Below, one piece after another: positions 27,202-37,749 of a stretch of 64,000 bases of DNA. The notes beneath the pieces are model-generated. The model searched no databases, had not been told where the DNA came from, and saw only the letters and a list, made by a program, of their open reading frames with translations. Each line of letters begins with the position of its first letter. Positions within the stretch are counted from its first letter, which is position 1. This DNA comes from Prochlorococcaceae cyanobacterium (GTDB lineage: Bacteria; Cyanobacteriota; Cyanobacteriia; PCC-6307; Cyanobiaceae), in contig JBMOIF010000001.1 in NCBI GenBank assembly GCA_049317465.1, positions 20,158 through 84,157 of the forward strand, in the 5' to 3' direction. Position numbers and translations under genes: made by a program.

Positions 27202-27873
27202 ATGAGCATGTCGCTGCGGGTCGTTGTTCCCCCGCACCCCCTTGTTGCCCATTGGTTGACGATCCTGAGGGACCGTGACACCCCTTCGCCGCTGTTCGCG
27301 ACGGCCATGAAGGAGCTGGGGCGCTGGCTCACCTACGAGGCCGTGCGCGACTGGCTGCCAACCCTGCCGCTGCAGGTGCGCACACCCCTGGCCGAGACCG
27401 AAGGGATCGTCATCGATCCGTCGGCGCCGCTGCTGGCGGTCCCTGTCCTGCGGGCCGGTCTGGGCCTCTGGGCCGGTGCCCAGGAGGTGCTCCCCCACGC
27501 ACGGGTGGCCCACCTGGGCCTCATCCGCGACGAGCGCACCACCCAGCCCAGTCGCTATTTCGAACGGCTGCCAACGACCATCGGGCCCCGGGTGGGTGTG
27601 CTGGTGTTCGACCCGATGCTGGCGACCGGCGGCAGCCTGCTGCACACCCTCGAACTGCTGCGGGACCGGGGCGTCGAAGGCCCGCGGCTGCGGGTGATCA
27701 CTGCCCTGGCGGCGGCACCTGGGCTGCGGGCCGTCGCAGAACAGGTCCCTGACCTGGCGATCTACACCGCCTGCATTGACCCGGAACTGGATGACCGCTG
27801 CTTCATCGTGCCGGGCCTCGGTGATGCCGGCGATCGTCTCTACGGCACGGAATCCGACGACTTCCTAGGCTGA
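27202..27873 (+). CDS. upp: Uracil phosphoribosyltransferase
   Basis: HPLVAHWLTILRDRDTP..., PRPP loop VLVFDPMLATGGS, and C-terminal IVPGLGDAGDRLYG. Confidence 0.9.
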   Translation: MSMSLRVVVPPHPLVAHWLTILRDRDTPSPLFATAMKELGRWLTYEAVRDWLPTLPLQVRTPLAETEGIVIDPSAPLLAVPVLRAGLGLWAGAQEVLPHARVAHLGLIRDERTTQPSRYFERLPTTIGPRVGVLVFDPMLATGGSLLHTLELLRDRGVEGPRLRVITALAAAPGLRAVAEQVPDLAIYTACIDPELDDRCFIVPGLGDAGDRLYGTESDDFLG

Positions 27874-27892
27874 ATTCAGTGATTGCAGGCCC

Positions 27893-28174
27893 ATGGCCGA
27901 CCAGGACAGCCCCTCCGGCACCGTGCTGCTCAGCGCCCTCACCGGAGCTGCCCTCGGTGCCGCTGGTCTCACCTGGTGGCTGCTCTCCCGGGCCGAGCGC
28001 CGCCGGGCTCTCGCAGATCAGGTGCGTCGTCTGACCTCGCCGCTGATGCCGGGTCAGATCCAGCAGACCGTGGGCGACAGCCTCGAACAGCGGGTGCAGC
28101 GGCTGCATGTCGCCATCGATGACGTCCGTCGCCAGTTGGAGGACCTCTCCCCGGACGGTGCCGAACGGGGCTGA
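27893..28174 (+). CDS. Small hypothetical membrane-anchored protein
   Basis: One TM segment ([21 protein letters not shown]) followed by a charged helical tail. It fills the upp-ilvD gap. Confidence 0.45.
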   Translation: MADQDSPSGTVLLSALTGAALGAAGLTWWLLSRAERRRALADQVRRLTSPLMPGQIQQTVGDSLEQRVQRLHVAIDDVRRQLEDLSPDGAERG

Positions 28175-28230
28175 GGGGGCCTGCCCTGCGTTCTGTGAGG
28201 ATCGGATCACGCTCCAGCCAGCCGGTCGCC

Positions 28231-29913
28231 ATGGCCCAGCTCCGTTCCCACGTCGTCACCCAGGGGGTCCAGCGCTCCCCGAACCGCGCCATGCTGCGCG
28301 CCGTCGGCTTCGGTGATCACGATTTCGATCGGCCGATTGTGGGAATCGCCAACGGCTTCAGCACCATCACGCCCTGCAACGTGGGTCTCAACGACCTGGC
28401 CCTCAGGGCCGAACACGCCCTGAGGGAGGCGGGTGCCATGCCCCAGATGTTCGGCACGATCACCGTCAGCGACGGCATCTCGATGGGCACCCCCGGGATG
28501 CGCTACTCCCTGGTGTCGCGGGAAGTGATCGCCGACAGCATCGAAACCGCCTGCAACGGCCAGAGCATGGACGGCGTGCTGGCCATCGGCGGCTGTGACA
28601 AGAACATGCCCGGCGCCATGTTGGCCATGGTGCGCATGAATATCCCGTCGATCTTCGTGTATGGCGGCACGATCAAGCCCGGCCGACTGGGCCACTGCGA
28701 TCTGACGGTGGTGAGCGCCTTTGAAGCGGTCGGGGCCCTGGCCGGTGGCCGCATCGATGAGGACGAACTTCTGGCGGTCGAGCGCAACGCCTGTCCGGGT
28801 GCCGGCAGCTGCGGTGGCATGTTCACGGCCAACACCATGTCGGCGGTGATCGAGGCCATGGGCCTGAGTCTGCCGGGCAGCTCCACCATGGCGGCCGAGG
28901 ACAGCGAGAAGGCCGACAACGCCGCCCGTTCGGGCGAAGTGCTGGTGCAGGCGATCGAGGCGAACATCCGCCCGCTTGACCTGCTCACCCGCGAGGCCTT
29001 TGAGAACGCCATCAGCGTGATCATGGCTGTCGGTGGCTCCACCAATGCCGTTCTGCATCTGCTGGCGATCGCCCGCAGTGCCGGGGTGCCGCTGAGCATT
29101 GACGACTTCGAGACCATCCGCCAGCGGGTCCCGGTGATCTGCGATCTCAAACCCAGCGGCCGCTTCGTCACCGTCGATCTGCACCGGGCCGGCGGCATTC
29201 CCCAGGTCATGCGGCTGTTGCTCGATGCCGGCCTGCTGCACGGCGACTGCCGCACCATCGAAGGCCGGAGCCTGCGGGAGGTGCTGGCAGCGGTACCCGC
29301 CCAACCCCCCGCCGACCAGGAGGTGATCCGTCCCATCGACCGGCCCCTCTATGCCCAGGGACACCTGGCCGTGCTCAAGGGCAACCTGGCCCGTGAGGGC
29401 AGCGTGGCCAAGATCAGCGGCGTCCGCCATCCGACCCTGACGGGCCCGGCACGGGTGTTCGAGAGCGAAGAGAGGTGCCTGGACGCGATCCTGGCGGGCC
29501 GCATCAATGCCGGCGACGTGATCGTGATCCGCAACGAGGGCCCTGTGGGCGGTCCTGGGATGCGCGAGATGCTGTCCCCCACAGCGGCCATCATCGGCAA
29601 GGGGCTGGGTGACAGCGTGGCGTTGATCACCGATGGCCGGTTTTCCGGTGGCACCTACGGGATGGTGGTGGGCCACGTGGCGCCCGAAGCGGCCGTGGGG
29701 GGCACCATTGCCCTGGTGCAGGAGGGCGACAGCATCACCGTTGACGCCGTTCAGCTGCTGCTGCAGCTGAACGTGTCCGATGAGGAGTTGCAGCAGCGGC
29801 GCCAGGACTGGGTCCGACCGGCGCCCCGCGAGCGCCGCGGGGTGCTGGCCAAGTACGCCCGCCTGGTGTCGAGCAGCAGCCAGGGCGCCGTGACCGACGC
29901 CTTCTCCGACTGA
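28231..29913 (+). CDS. ilvD: Dihydroxy-acid dehydratase
   Basis: [13 protein letters not shown]...[14 protein letters not shown]...GCDKNMPGA...[16 protein letters not shown]...[12 protein letters not shown]. Confidence 0.95.
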   Translation: MAQLRSHVVTQGVQRSPNRAMLRAVGFGDHDFDRPIVGIANGFSTITPCNVGLNDLALRAEHALREAGAMPQMFGTITVSDGISMGTPGMRYSLVSREVIADSIETACNGQSMDGVLAIGGCDKNMPGAMLAMVRMNIPSIFVYGGTIKPGRLGHCDLTVVSAFEAVGALAGGRIDEDELLAVERNACPGAGSCGGMFTANTMSAVIEAMGLSLPGSSTMAAEDSEKADNAARSGEVLVQAIEANIRPLDLLTREAFENAISVIMAVGGSTNAVLHLLAIARSAGVPLSIDDFETIRQRVPVICDLKPSGRFVTVDLHRAGGIPQVMRLLLDAGLLHGDCRTIEGRSLREVLAAVPAQPPADQEVIRPIDRPLYAQGHLAVLKGNLAREGSVAKISGVRHPTLTGPARVFESEERCLDAILAGRINAGDVIVIRNEGPVGGPGMREMLSPTAAIIGKGLGDSVALITDGRFSGGTYGMVVGHVAPEAAVGGTIALVQEGDSITVDAVQLLLQLNVSDEELQQRRQDWVRPAPRERRGVLAKYARLVSSSSQGAVTDAFSD

Positions 29914-29934
29914 TGCCTCGGGTCGCTAGGCGGG

Positions 29935-30345
29935 TCAGGAGATCACCAGCAGAGCTCGCAGCCGTCGGGCCATGGCCTCCAGGGGCATGGCCCCTGCCGG
30001 TGCGTCGCAGCGTTGTCCCTGCTCCCCCTCCATCCAGAGGGCATGACGGCCCTGCCAGAGCATCGGAGCCTGCGGATCTGCAGTCCAGCTGATCTGGATG
30101 GAGGGATCGGCCGCAGCCCCATAGATCTCCAGATCCAGATCCTCCGCTTCCAGCCGTTTGCCGCCGGGGTCCCGGCATTCCAGTCGCAGGCACCAACCGT
30201 CGGCGGCCTGCTCCTGCAGCACCGCCGCATGCCGCAGACCCGGTCGGCTCAGGTCGGCTGCGCGGCACACCACAGTCAGCAGATCAGCCGTGGCATCGGG
30301 ATCGGTGCCTGTGGGAAGCCAGTCCCGCCCCTCGGTCGCGCTCAT
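29935..30345 (-). CDS. Hypothetical protein, last gene of the gnd-pgl operon
   Basis: 136-aa ORF whose ATG overlaps the stop of the upstream CIA30 gene (ATGA at 30342-30345). No motif recognised. Confidence 0.5.
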   Translation of the reverse strand: MSATEGRDWLPTGTDPDATADLLTVVCRAADLSRPGLRHAAVLQEQAADGWCLRLECRDPGGKRLEAEDLDLEIYGAAADPSIQISWTADPQAPMLWQGRHALWMEGEQGQRCDAPAGAMPLEAMARRLRALLVIS

Positions 30346-30908
30346 GGCACGGTACCGAGCCGCCTCAGCAGCAACCGCAGTGGCCCCGGGCGGAAGCCTG
30401 GGTTGTCACCGCCATCGTCACCGAAACGGGAGTGCAGCAGCTGGATCTGGGCAATCCGCGAGGGATCGAACCGCAGGGGCAGGCTCACCGGATTGGCACG
30501 CACCGTCGGCCGCAGGCTGCTGAAGGGGATCACCACCTGCGTGGGACCGTCTGCTTGCGTGTCAAAGTCAGCGACCCAGCGCAGGCCACCCGGAATCACG
30601 TCCGCAAGGCGGCCCGGCAGATCAGCCAGGGCGATGGCCAGCTTGTAGCGACGGCCATCGCCGTCGAGCATTAGCTCAAGTCCGGTGGCCTCGGAGAGGT
30701 TGAGGGGGGGCTGCCACCGCGGTGAACGACAGCTCACGAAACCGCCCCCTTCGGCGACGACCTGGGCTTCCAGCAGCAGTCCCTCGCTGGTGGCGCGGCA
30801 TCCGCCCTGGCTGCGCCCCCCCATGACCGTGTCATTCAGGGTGCTCCAACCGCTGAAACCATCACCGCTGGCGATGACCAGGGCCACCAGCTCACTCCAC
30901 AGCGGCAT
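30342..30908 (-). CDS. CIA30 (complex I intermediate-associated protein 30)-domain protein
   Basis: WSTLNDTVMGGRSQG...GGGFVSCRS...GLELMLDGDGRRYKLAI is the typical CIA30/NADH:ubiquinone oxidoreductase assembly-factor domain pattern. The start is ATG 30908 or 30926, and both overlap the pgl 3' end. Confidence 0.72.
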   Translation of the reverse strand: MPLWSELVALVIASGDGFSGWSTLNDTVMGGRSQGGCRATSEGLLLEAQVVAEGGGFVSCRSPRWQPPLNLSEATGLELMLDGDGRRYKLAIALADLPGRLADVIPGGLRWVADFDTQADGPTQVVIPFSSLRPTVRANPVSLPLRFDPSRIAQIQLLHSRFGDDGGDNPGFRPGPLRLLLRRLGTVP

Positions 30909-31611
30909 CGCCGCAGGCATCGGCATCGGCCAGCACCAGCAGCGCCCCGGAGGGCTGGACCAGACGAGCGGGGGTCCGGGCCGGATCTTCCGTCGGGTCG
31001 AGCAGCCTGGCGAGGGCCTGTCGCTTGCTCTCCCCGCTGACCAGGAAGATGACCTGGCGGGCCGCCGACAGCACCGGTGCCGTCATGGTCAGGCGTGGCA
31101 GTCCCTTGCCCTCGCCAACGGTCACCCAGCGATCACGGACCTGGGTGGCCGCTGTGCCGGGGAACAGGGATGCCGTGTGGCCGTCATCCCCCAGCCCGAG
31201 GAGCACGAGATCGAGCTGGGGCGGGCGGCCGGGGCAGAGCTGTTCGAGGGTCTGGCCATAGGCGGCCACTCCGTCCTCGACGGAGTCGAGATCGGTGGGC
31301 ACCGGATGGAACGCCGCATGACGGCCAGGCTCTGCCGCCATGAGGCTGCGGCGCACCATCAGGGCGTTGCTCTGGGGATCATCCGCCGGCACCCAGCGTT
31401 CATCGCCGAGCAACAGGTCGACACGATCCCAGGGCAGATGCTGTTGCCCCAGGAGCGTGTAGGCCTGCTCGGGTGTGGAACCTCCGGCAAGGGCGATCTG
31501 CACCCGATCCCGTTCCGCGAGGGTGAGATCAATGCACTGGGCCACCAGCTCAGCAGCCCGCTGGGCCAGCGACTGGCGATCCGCCAGCCTGATCAGGCGG
31601 GCAGCGCTCAT
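30892..31611 (-). CDS. pgl: 6-phosphogluconolactonase
   Basis: IALAGGSTPEQAY...WDRVDLLLGDERWV...LLGLGDDGHTASLFPG. The ATG at 31611 overlaps the gnd stop (ATGA). Confidence 0.88.
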   Translation of the reverse strand: MSAARLIRLADRQSLAQRAAELVAQCIDLTLAERDRVQIALAGGSTPEQAYTLLGQQHLPWDRVDLLLGDERWVPADDPQSNALMVRRSLMAAEPGRHAAFHPVPTDLDSVEDGVAAYGQTLEQLCPGRPPQLDLVLLGLGDDGHTASLFPGTAATQVRDRWVTVGEGKGLPRLTMTAPVLSAARQVIFLVSGESKRQALARLLDPTEDPARTPARLVQPSGALLVLADADACGDAAVE

Positions 31612-33026
31612 GAGAGCCACTCGGTGTGGAAGGTGCCCTCGCGGTCGATGCGCTGGTAGGTGTGGGAACCGAAGCAGTCACGCATCGCCTGCACCAGGTT
31701 CTGGGGCAGACGGCCCGTGCGATAGCTGTCGATGTAGTTCAGCGATGCGGCGAAGCAGGGCACCGGGATGCCGGCTCGCACGGCCTCGCTCACCGCCTGG
31801 CGCAGCCCCGGCAGCCGACGGTTGACCTGTTCGGCGAACCAGGGGTCCAGCAGCAGGTTGGCCAGGCTGCTGTTCTGTCTGTAGGCATCCTGGATGCGCT
31901 GCAGCAGGCGGGCCCGGATGATGCAGCCCCCTTTCCAGATCTGAGCGATGGCGGCGATGTTGAGGTCGTAGTGGTGAATCCTGGAGGCCTCCTGCAGCAG
32001 GGCGATTCCCTGGGCATAGCTGGCCATGATGCTGAGGATGGTTGCGTCCCTCAGGGGAGCCATGCCGTCGGCGGGGCTGCCGAGGTCCAGGGCCATGGGA
32101 CCCGGGCCCTGCAGGATCGTCTCGGCCTTGACGCGCTCGGCCTGGAGGGAACTCAGGACCCTGGCATTGACCGATTCGTAGATGGTGGGCACCGCCACCC
32201 CCATCTCGAGGGCGCTGATCACGGTCCAGAGCCCTGTGCCCTTCTGGCCGGCCACGTCGAGGATGAGTTCGGTGAGCGGACCACCCGATTCGGGGTCACG
32301 GGTGCGCAGGCAGACCTCGGTGATTTCGACGAGGTAGGAGGAGAGCTCCTCCATGGTGTTCCACTGGCCCAGCACATCGGCCATGACGGCAGGCTCGATG
32401 CCGGCACCACGCTTCATCATGTCGTAGGCCTCGGCAAGGATCTGCTCGACGCCGTACTCAATGCCGTTGTGGACGGTCTTGACGAAGTGGCCGGAGCCAC
32501 CGGGTCCGATGTAGGTGACGCAGGGGCCGTCGTCGACCTTCGCCGCCATCCGCTCCACGAGGCTGCGGATGTCCTCATAGGCCTGGCGGGTACCCCCCGG
32601 CATCATGCTGGGTCCCTCGAGGGCGCCCTTGGCACCGCCGGAGACGCCCATGCCGATGTAGCCGAAGCTGCGACTCTCCAGTTCGGCGACCCGCCGTTCG
32701 GTGTCGCTGTACAGGGAGTTGCCCCCGTCGATCAGCAGGTCCCCCTGCTCCAGGTAGGGGGAAATGCTGGCGATCGTGTCGTCGATGGCCTGGCCGGCCT
32801 TGATCATCATCAGGATCCGCCGGGGCCGTTCAAGCTTGTCGACGAACTCCTGAAGGGAGTAGGCGCCCTCAATCTGCTTGCCGGAACCCCTTCCGGCCAG
32901 GAACTCCTCGGTCTTCTGGGGGGTGCGGTTGTAGACGACGCTGGAAAAGCCGTTGCGTTCAGCGTTGAGGACGAGGTTCTCGCCCATCACACCGAGGCCG
33001 ATCAGTCCGAAATGCCCTTTGGCCAT
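31608..33026 (-). CDS. gnd: 6-phosphogluconate dehydrogenase (decarboxylating)
   Basis: FGLIGLGVMGENLVLN..., GMGVSGGAKGALEGPSMMPGG, HNGIEYGVEQILAEAY and FGSHTYQRIDREGTFHTEW. Confidence 0.95.
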   Translation of the reverse strand: MAKGHFGLIGLGVMGENLVLNAERNGFSSVVYNRTPQKTEEFLAGRGSGKQIEGAYSLQEFVDKLERPRRILMMIKAGQAIDDTIASISPYLEQGDLLIDGGNSLYSDTERRVAELESRSFGYIGMGVSGGAKGALEGPSMMPGGTRQAYEDIRSLVERMAAKVDDGPCVTYIGPGGSGHFVKTVHNGIEYGVEQILAEAYDMMKRGAGIEPAVMADVLGQWNTMEELSSYLVEITEVCLRTRDPESGGPLTELILDVAGQKGTGLWTVISALEMGVAVPTIYESVNARVLSSLQAERVKAETILQGPGPMALDLGSPADGMAPLRDATILSIMASYAQGIALLQEASRIHHYDLNIAAIAQIWKGGCIIRARLLQRIQDAYRQNSSLANLLLDPWFAEQVNRRLPGLRQAVSEAVRAGIPVPCFAASLNYIDSYRTGRLPQNLVQAMRDCFGSHTYQRIDREGTFHTEWLS

Positions 33027-33071
33027 GGCCGTGCCGGAGTTGGAGACGGTTCACCGGCAGTGTGCCAAGGC

Positions 33072-33130
33072 CGGGGCGAGACGGCTGGAGATGCAGGATT
33101 CCTTTTCGTCTCGCCCCTCCGTCTCGCCCC
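33072..33130 (-). repeat. Tandem GTCTCGCCCC repeats plus an inverted partner (alternative hairpins) in the glgC-gnd spacer
   Basis: GGGGCGAGAC(G) at 33072-33082. GTCTCGCCCC at 33107-33116 is preceded by C, giving an 11-bp match. A second GTCTCGCCCC copy at 33121-33130 gives a 10-bp match. Confidence 0.6.
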
Positions 33131-33139
33131 GACCTGACC

Positions 33140-34435
33140 TCAGATGACCGTGTTGTCGGGGATGGTCGCACCCTTGACGCAGACCACGATGCCGTTGCGG
33201 ATGTAGAAGCCCTGCTCAGGCCGGTCCGCCTCGTCGACGCGATCCTTGTTGATGATGGAGACGTTGCGGCCGATCCGCACGTTCTTGTCGAGGATGGCCC
33301 GTTGGACCGTGGTGCCCTGGCCCACTCCGACGGGGATGCCTCCACGCTCACTGAGAATGGCTCGCTCTTCGTTTGATTCGTAGAAGTCGGCCCCCATCAC
33401 CAGGCTGTCCTTGAGCACCACATCGTCACCGATGCGGCTGCGGATACCCAGCACGCAATGATGGATGCTGCAGGCCTTCAGCAACGAACCTTCACCAATG
33501 ATGGATTCGGTGACCTGGGCATCCTGCAATTTGGAGGGGGGCAGGTAGCGCGGCCGGGTGTAGATGGGGAACTGTTTGTCGTAAAAGGAAAACGGCGGTG
33601 TCGGTTGCGCCGTTAGAGCCAGATTGGCTTCGTAGAAGGCCCGGATCGTACCGATGTCCTCCCAGTAGTCGTCAAACAGATACGACCTCAGACCAAGACC
33701 AGATCCAAGGGCATGGGGAATGATCTCCTTGCCGAAGTCTGTGGCGGTGGGGTTCTGCGCCAGCAGATTGAAGAGCACATCGCGCCGGAAGACGTAGATC
33801 CCCATTGACGCGAGGTAGGGACGCCTCTGGGATTCCTCAGCACTGAGTCCCAGGGCCTGGGTGTCCACGCGCATCGTCAGCAGATCAGCCCCCTTGGGCT
33901 TCTCCCGGAACTCGCGGATCCATCCCTCGCCGTCGGTGCGCATCAGACCGAAGCCCTCGGCCTGGGCCTCGTCGACCGGCAGGGCTGCCACGGTCAGGTC
34001 GGCACCACTCTGAATGTGCTCATCGACAAACAGCCGGTAGTCCATCCGATACAACTGGTCACCGGAGAGGATCACGACCTGGTCAACGTCCCACTCCTGG
34101 AACAGCCATTCGTACTTGCGAACCGCATCCGCCGTTCCCTCGAACCACGAGGGACTGTCAGGCGTCTGCTGGGCAGCGAGCACCTCAACGAAGCCCTGAC
34201 CGAAGGCCGATGAAAGGTTGTAGGTCTGGCTGAGGTGCCTGTTGAGGGAGGCACTGTTGAACTGCGTCAGCACATAGATCTTGTTGATCCCGCTGTTGAT
34301 GCAGTTGCTGACGGGAATGTCGATCAGGCGATATTTACCGGCGAGGGGGACCGCCGGTTTTGCCCGCATCTTGGTGAGAGGAAAGAGGCGTGTACCGGCC
34401 CCGCCCCCCAGGATGATCGCCAGGACTCGTTTCAT
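33140..34435 (-). CDS. glgC: Glucose-1-phosphate adenylyltransferase
   Basis: [44 protein letters not shown]... and the C-terminal left-handed beta-helix region. Confidence 0.95.
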   Translation of the reverse strand: MKRVLAIILGGGAGTRLFPLTKMRAKPAVPLAGKYRLIDIPVSNCINSGINKIYVLTQFNSASLNRHLSQTYNLSSAFGQGFVEVLAAQQTPDSPSWFEGTADAVRKYEWLFQEWDVDQVVILSGDQLYRMDYRLFVDEHIQSGADLTVAALPVDEAQAEGFGLMRTDGEGWIREFREKPKGADLLTMRVDTQALGLSAEESQRRPYLASMGIYVFRRDVLFNLLAQNPTATDFGKEIIPHALGSGLGLRSYLFDDYWEDIGTIRAFYEANLALTAQPTPPFSFYDKQFPIYTRPRYLPPSKLQDAQVTESIIGEGSLLKACSIHHCVLGIRSRIGDDVVLKDSLVMGADFYESNEERAILSERGGIPVGVGQGTTVQRAILDKNVRIGRNVSIINKDRVDEADRPEQGFYIRNGIVVCVKGATIPDNTVI

Positions 34436-34525
34436 GCACCCCCATCAACGCCGACACTCTGCAGGAGGACCCTCCAAGATCGCAAGCCATCCGCGGGGTT
34501 CTCAGCATCCGCGTCTGGGACCGAC

Positions 34526-35863
34526 TCAGTCACCGCCGGGGGCGGCGGTCCCGGCTTCGTCGTCCGCGACCTCCTGCAGTTCGAAGAGCCGCTCGAGTGC
34601 TTCCATGGCCCCCAGGCGCTGGGCCCGGGTCTGAGGGGCCCTGAGGGCGGTGGTGGGCCCATGCAGCACCTTGTTGATGATCCCTTTGCTGAGGGCCTCC
34701 ACCACCTTCCGCTCCCTCTCCGAGAAATCGGGACCCATGCGGCTCAGGGCCTTCACGAGCTCCTGTTCCCGCAGGGAGTCGAGATGACGGCGCAGACGGT
34801 TGATCGTCGGGACCGCCTCAAGACCCTCCCACCAGTCGAGGAATGCTCTCTGATCTTCGGCCAGCAGGGCTTCGGCCTGCTCGGCGATCTCGCGTCGGGC
34901 AGCCTGGTTGCGGTCGACCACCTCCTGAAGGTCATCGACGTCAAAGCATTGAACCAACCGCGCCTGGGCAGCATCTGAGCTTATGTTGCGCGGCACGCCG
35001 ATGTCCACGAGCATCAGCCTCTGGTGACGCTGCAGACCATCCAGGCGCTGACGGGTGATGATCGGCTCATCGGCCCCGGTGCTGGTGAACAGCAGCGTGG
35101 CCTCCCTCAACTGCAGGTCGAGCTGATCAAGGCCAAGACAGCGGATGGGCAGATCGGGGAAGCCGCGCGCCAGTTCCTCGGCCCGGGTGACGGTGCGGTT
35201 GATCAGCACAAGGCGCCGGGCACCCTTGGCCTGGAGATGCTGAATCAGCAGACGGGCCATCCGGCCGGCGCCCACAACGGTGATGCGTTCGTCGCAGAGG
35301 GGCAGCAATTCGTCGAAGCCCTGCTCCTGACCGACCTTGAGCTGCGCCAGTTCGACGGCCGCCGAACTGATCGAGACGGCCCCGCTCCCGAGCCGGGTCT
35401 CGCTGCGCACACGCTTGCCTGTGCTCACGGCCTGGGTGAGCAGTCGGTTGAGGATGGGGCCGATCGAGCGGTGGTCCTGCCCGAGTCGCACCATCTTCTT
35501 GACCTGGCTGAGGATCTGTCCCTCCCCAAGCACAAGGCTGTCGAGACCGGCGCTCACCCGCAGCAGGTGCTGAATCGCTTCTTCATGGTGCAGAGCGAAC
35601 AGGTGGGGATTGAGATCATCCCCGGGCAGTCCGCTGTGAATGGAGAGAAACTGGCGGATCGCTTCGACCCCTTCGGCGGGGGTGCGGAGCAGGCTGTAGA
35701 TCTCCAGCCGGTTGCAGGTGCTGAGAATCGAGGCCTCCAGGACCTGATCGTCGGACCGAAGGCTCTGGAGGGAACTCGCCAGCGAATGTTCAGGGATGCT
35801 CAACCGTTCCCGGATCTCCACGGGAGCCGTTCGATGGCTGAGCCCGACGACGGCTAGATGCAT
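34526..35863 (-). CDS. hemA: Glutamyl-tRNA reductase
   Basis: MHLAVVGLSHRTAPVEIRERL...STCNRLEIY...VVGAGRMARLL. Confidence 0.95.
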   Translation of the reverse strand: MHLAVVGLSHRTAPVEIRERLSIPEHSLASSLQSLRSDDQVLEASILSTCNRLEIYSLLRTPAEGVEAIRQFLSIHSGLPGDDLNPHLFALHHEEAIQHLLRVSAGLDSLVLGEGQILSQVKKMVRLGQDHRSIGPILNRLLTQAVSTGKRVRSETRLGSGAVSISSAAVELAQLKVGQEQGFDELLPLCDERITVVGAGRMARLLIQHLQAKGARRLVLINRTVTRAEELARGFPDLPIRCLGLDQLDLQLREATLLFTSTGADEPIITRQRLDGLQRHQRLMLVDIGVPRNISSDAAQARLVQCFDVDDLQEVVDRNQAARREIAEQAEALLAEDQRAFLDWWEGLEAVPTINRLRRHLDSLREQELVKALSRMGPDFSERERKVVEALSKGIINKVLHGPTTALRAPQTRAQRLGAMEALERLFELQEVADDEAGTAAPGGD

Positions 35864-35929
35864 GCGTCCGATGGGTTGGGGCCGGGAAAGCCGGAGGCAG
35901 CGGATGGCTGCCTCCGGGCTGGGCAGATG

Positions 35930-36934
35930 TCAGCGCAGGGCGACGCGCTGGGCTCCGGGCTTGATGTGAACAGTGTCGGTGAAACGGGCTGTGCTGTCGA
36001 GGGAGGAGATCACGAGGCTGCTGGTGCGGACGCAGTCAGGCTCAAACTTCACACCCCGGAAGAGCAGACCATCGGTGATGCCGGTGGCAGCGAACACCAC
36101 ATGCTCACCGCTGGCGAGCTCATCGGCCTCATAGACCTTGTCGGGATCAGTGATGCCCATCTCGGCCAGGCGGGCCAGGTTGCCCTCACGGGTGAGCCCT
36201 TCCCACTCCTTGGTCTGGGCCACAGCGGGGTCATAGACCAGCTGACCCTGGAAGTGCCCGCCCAGACAACGCAGGGCCGCGGCAGAGATCACACCTTCAG
36301 GGGCAGCACCGATGCCCATCAGACAATGGGTGCCGGTCCCCTCGAAGCCGCAGGCGATGGCGGCGCTCACATCACCGTCGCTGATGGTCCTGACGCGGGC
36401 GCCGGCCCCGCGGATCTCGGCGATCAGGCCCTTGTGGCGCCCACGGTCCATGCAGACCACGACCAGTTCGTCGATGCCGATGCCCAGGCAGTCGGCCAGG
36501 ATCCGCAGGTTTTCGGTGGGGCTCTTGCGGATGTCGACCTTGCCCTTGGCGGCCGGGGGAGCCGCCAGCTTGTTCATATAGAAGTCGGGGGCGTTGAAGA
36601 GGCCACCACGGTCGGAGGCCGCCAGCACCGCCATCGAACCGTCCTGGCTGTTGGCGCAGAGATTGGTGCCCTCGCAGGGGTCAACGGCGAAGTCGACGCC
36701 GGGGCCGGTGCCGGTGCCCACCTCCTCGCCGATGTAGAGCATGGGCGCTTCGTCACGCTCACCCTCACCGATGACGATGCGCCCCTGCATGGCGATCTGG
36801 CCCATGCGGGCACGCATGGCCTCGACGGCGGCCTCGTCGGCCTCGTTTTTCTTGCCATGGCCCGTCAGTCGTGCAGAGGCAATGGCTGCCTGCTCGACGA
36901 CTTCGAGAATTTCCTGGATGAGAGTGCGGTCCAA
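35930..36934 (-). CDS. glpX: Class II fructose-1,6-/sedoheptulose-1,7-bisphosphatase
   Basis: [15 protein letters not shown]...[17 protein letters not shown]...[13 protein letters not shown]...[20 protein letters not shown]. Confidence 0.93.
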   Translation of the reverse strand: MDRTLIQEILEVVEQAAIASARLTGHGKKNEADEAAVEAMRARMGQIAMQGRIVIGEGERDEAPMLYIGEEVGTGTGPGVDFAVDPCEGTNLCANSQDGSMAVLAASDRGGLFNAPDFYMNKLAAPPAAKGKVDIRKSPTENLRILADCLGIGIDELVVVCMDRGRHKGLIAEIRGAGARVRTISDGDVSAAIACGFEGTGTHCLMGIGAAPEGVISAAALRCLGGHFQGQLVYDPAVAQTKEWEGLTREGNLARLAEMGITDPDKVYEADELASGEHVVFAATGITDGLLFRGVKFEPDCVRTSSLVISSLDSTARFTDTVHIKPGAQRVALR

Positions 36935-37051
36935 GGGGAGGGAGGCTAGGGACGACGGCTTGGCCCCTGCCCGCTGGCGGAGGCGCGCGCAACTGTATCA
37001 GTGAGATGGGCGGGTCGGGCTCGTACAATCCCCTGGCGCAACGGCCAGGCC

Positions 37052-37735
37052 ATGACCCAGAAATCGCTCGTCATCGCTCCGTCGATTCTCTCGGCAGACT
37101 TCTCCCGTCTCGGTGACGATGTCCGTGCGGTCGACCAGGCCGGAGCCGACTGGATCCATGTGGATGTCATGGACGGCCGCTTCGTGCCGAACATCACCAT
37201 CGGACCCCTTGTGGTCGAGGCCCTGCGACCGGTGACCCAGAAGCCCCTCGACGTTCACCTGATGATCGTTGAACCCGAGCGCTACGTCGCCGATTTCGCC
37301 AAGGCCGGGGCCGACCACATCACCGTCCAGGTCGAAGCCTGCCCGCACCTGCACCGCAACCTCAGCCAGATCAAGGACCTGGGGGTCAAGGCCGGGGCCG
37401 TGCTCAACCCAAGCACCCCCCTCGACACCCTCGAGTACTGCCTGGAACTTTGCGACATCATCCTGATCATGAGTGTCAATCCTGGCTTCGGCGGCCAGAG
37501 CTTCATCCCTTCGGCGGTCGACAAGGTGCGTCGCCTGCGCAGCCTCTGCGACGAGCGGGGTCTCGATCCCTGGATCGAGGTGGATGGCGGCGTCAAGGCC
37601 GGCAATGCCTGGCAGCTGATCGAAGCCGGCGCCAATGCCCTGGTGGCGGGTTCGGCGGTCTTCAACGCTCCCGACTATGCCGCGGCCATCGAAGGAATTC
37701 GCAACAGCCGTCGCCCCGTCGCCGTGGCGGCCTGA
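37052..37735 (+). CDS. rpe: Ribulose-phosphate 3-epimerase
   Basis: [14 protein letters not shown]...[19 protein letters not shown]...VHLMIVEP...[12 protein letters not shown]...EVDGGV...VAGSAVF. Confidence 0.95.
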   Translation: MTQKSLVIAPSILSADFSRLGDDVRAVDQAGADWIHVDVMDGRFVPNITIGPLVVEALRPVTQKPLDVHLMIVEPERYVADFAKAGADHITVQVEACPHLHRNLSQIKDLGVKAGAVLNPSTPLDTLEYCLELCDIILIMSVNPGFGGQSFIPSAVDKVRRLRSLCDERGLDPWIEVDGGVKAGNAWQLIEAGANALVAGSAVFNAPDYAAAIEGIRNSRRPVAVAA

Positions 37736-37749
37736 CGCCCCCGGCGGGT

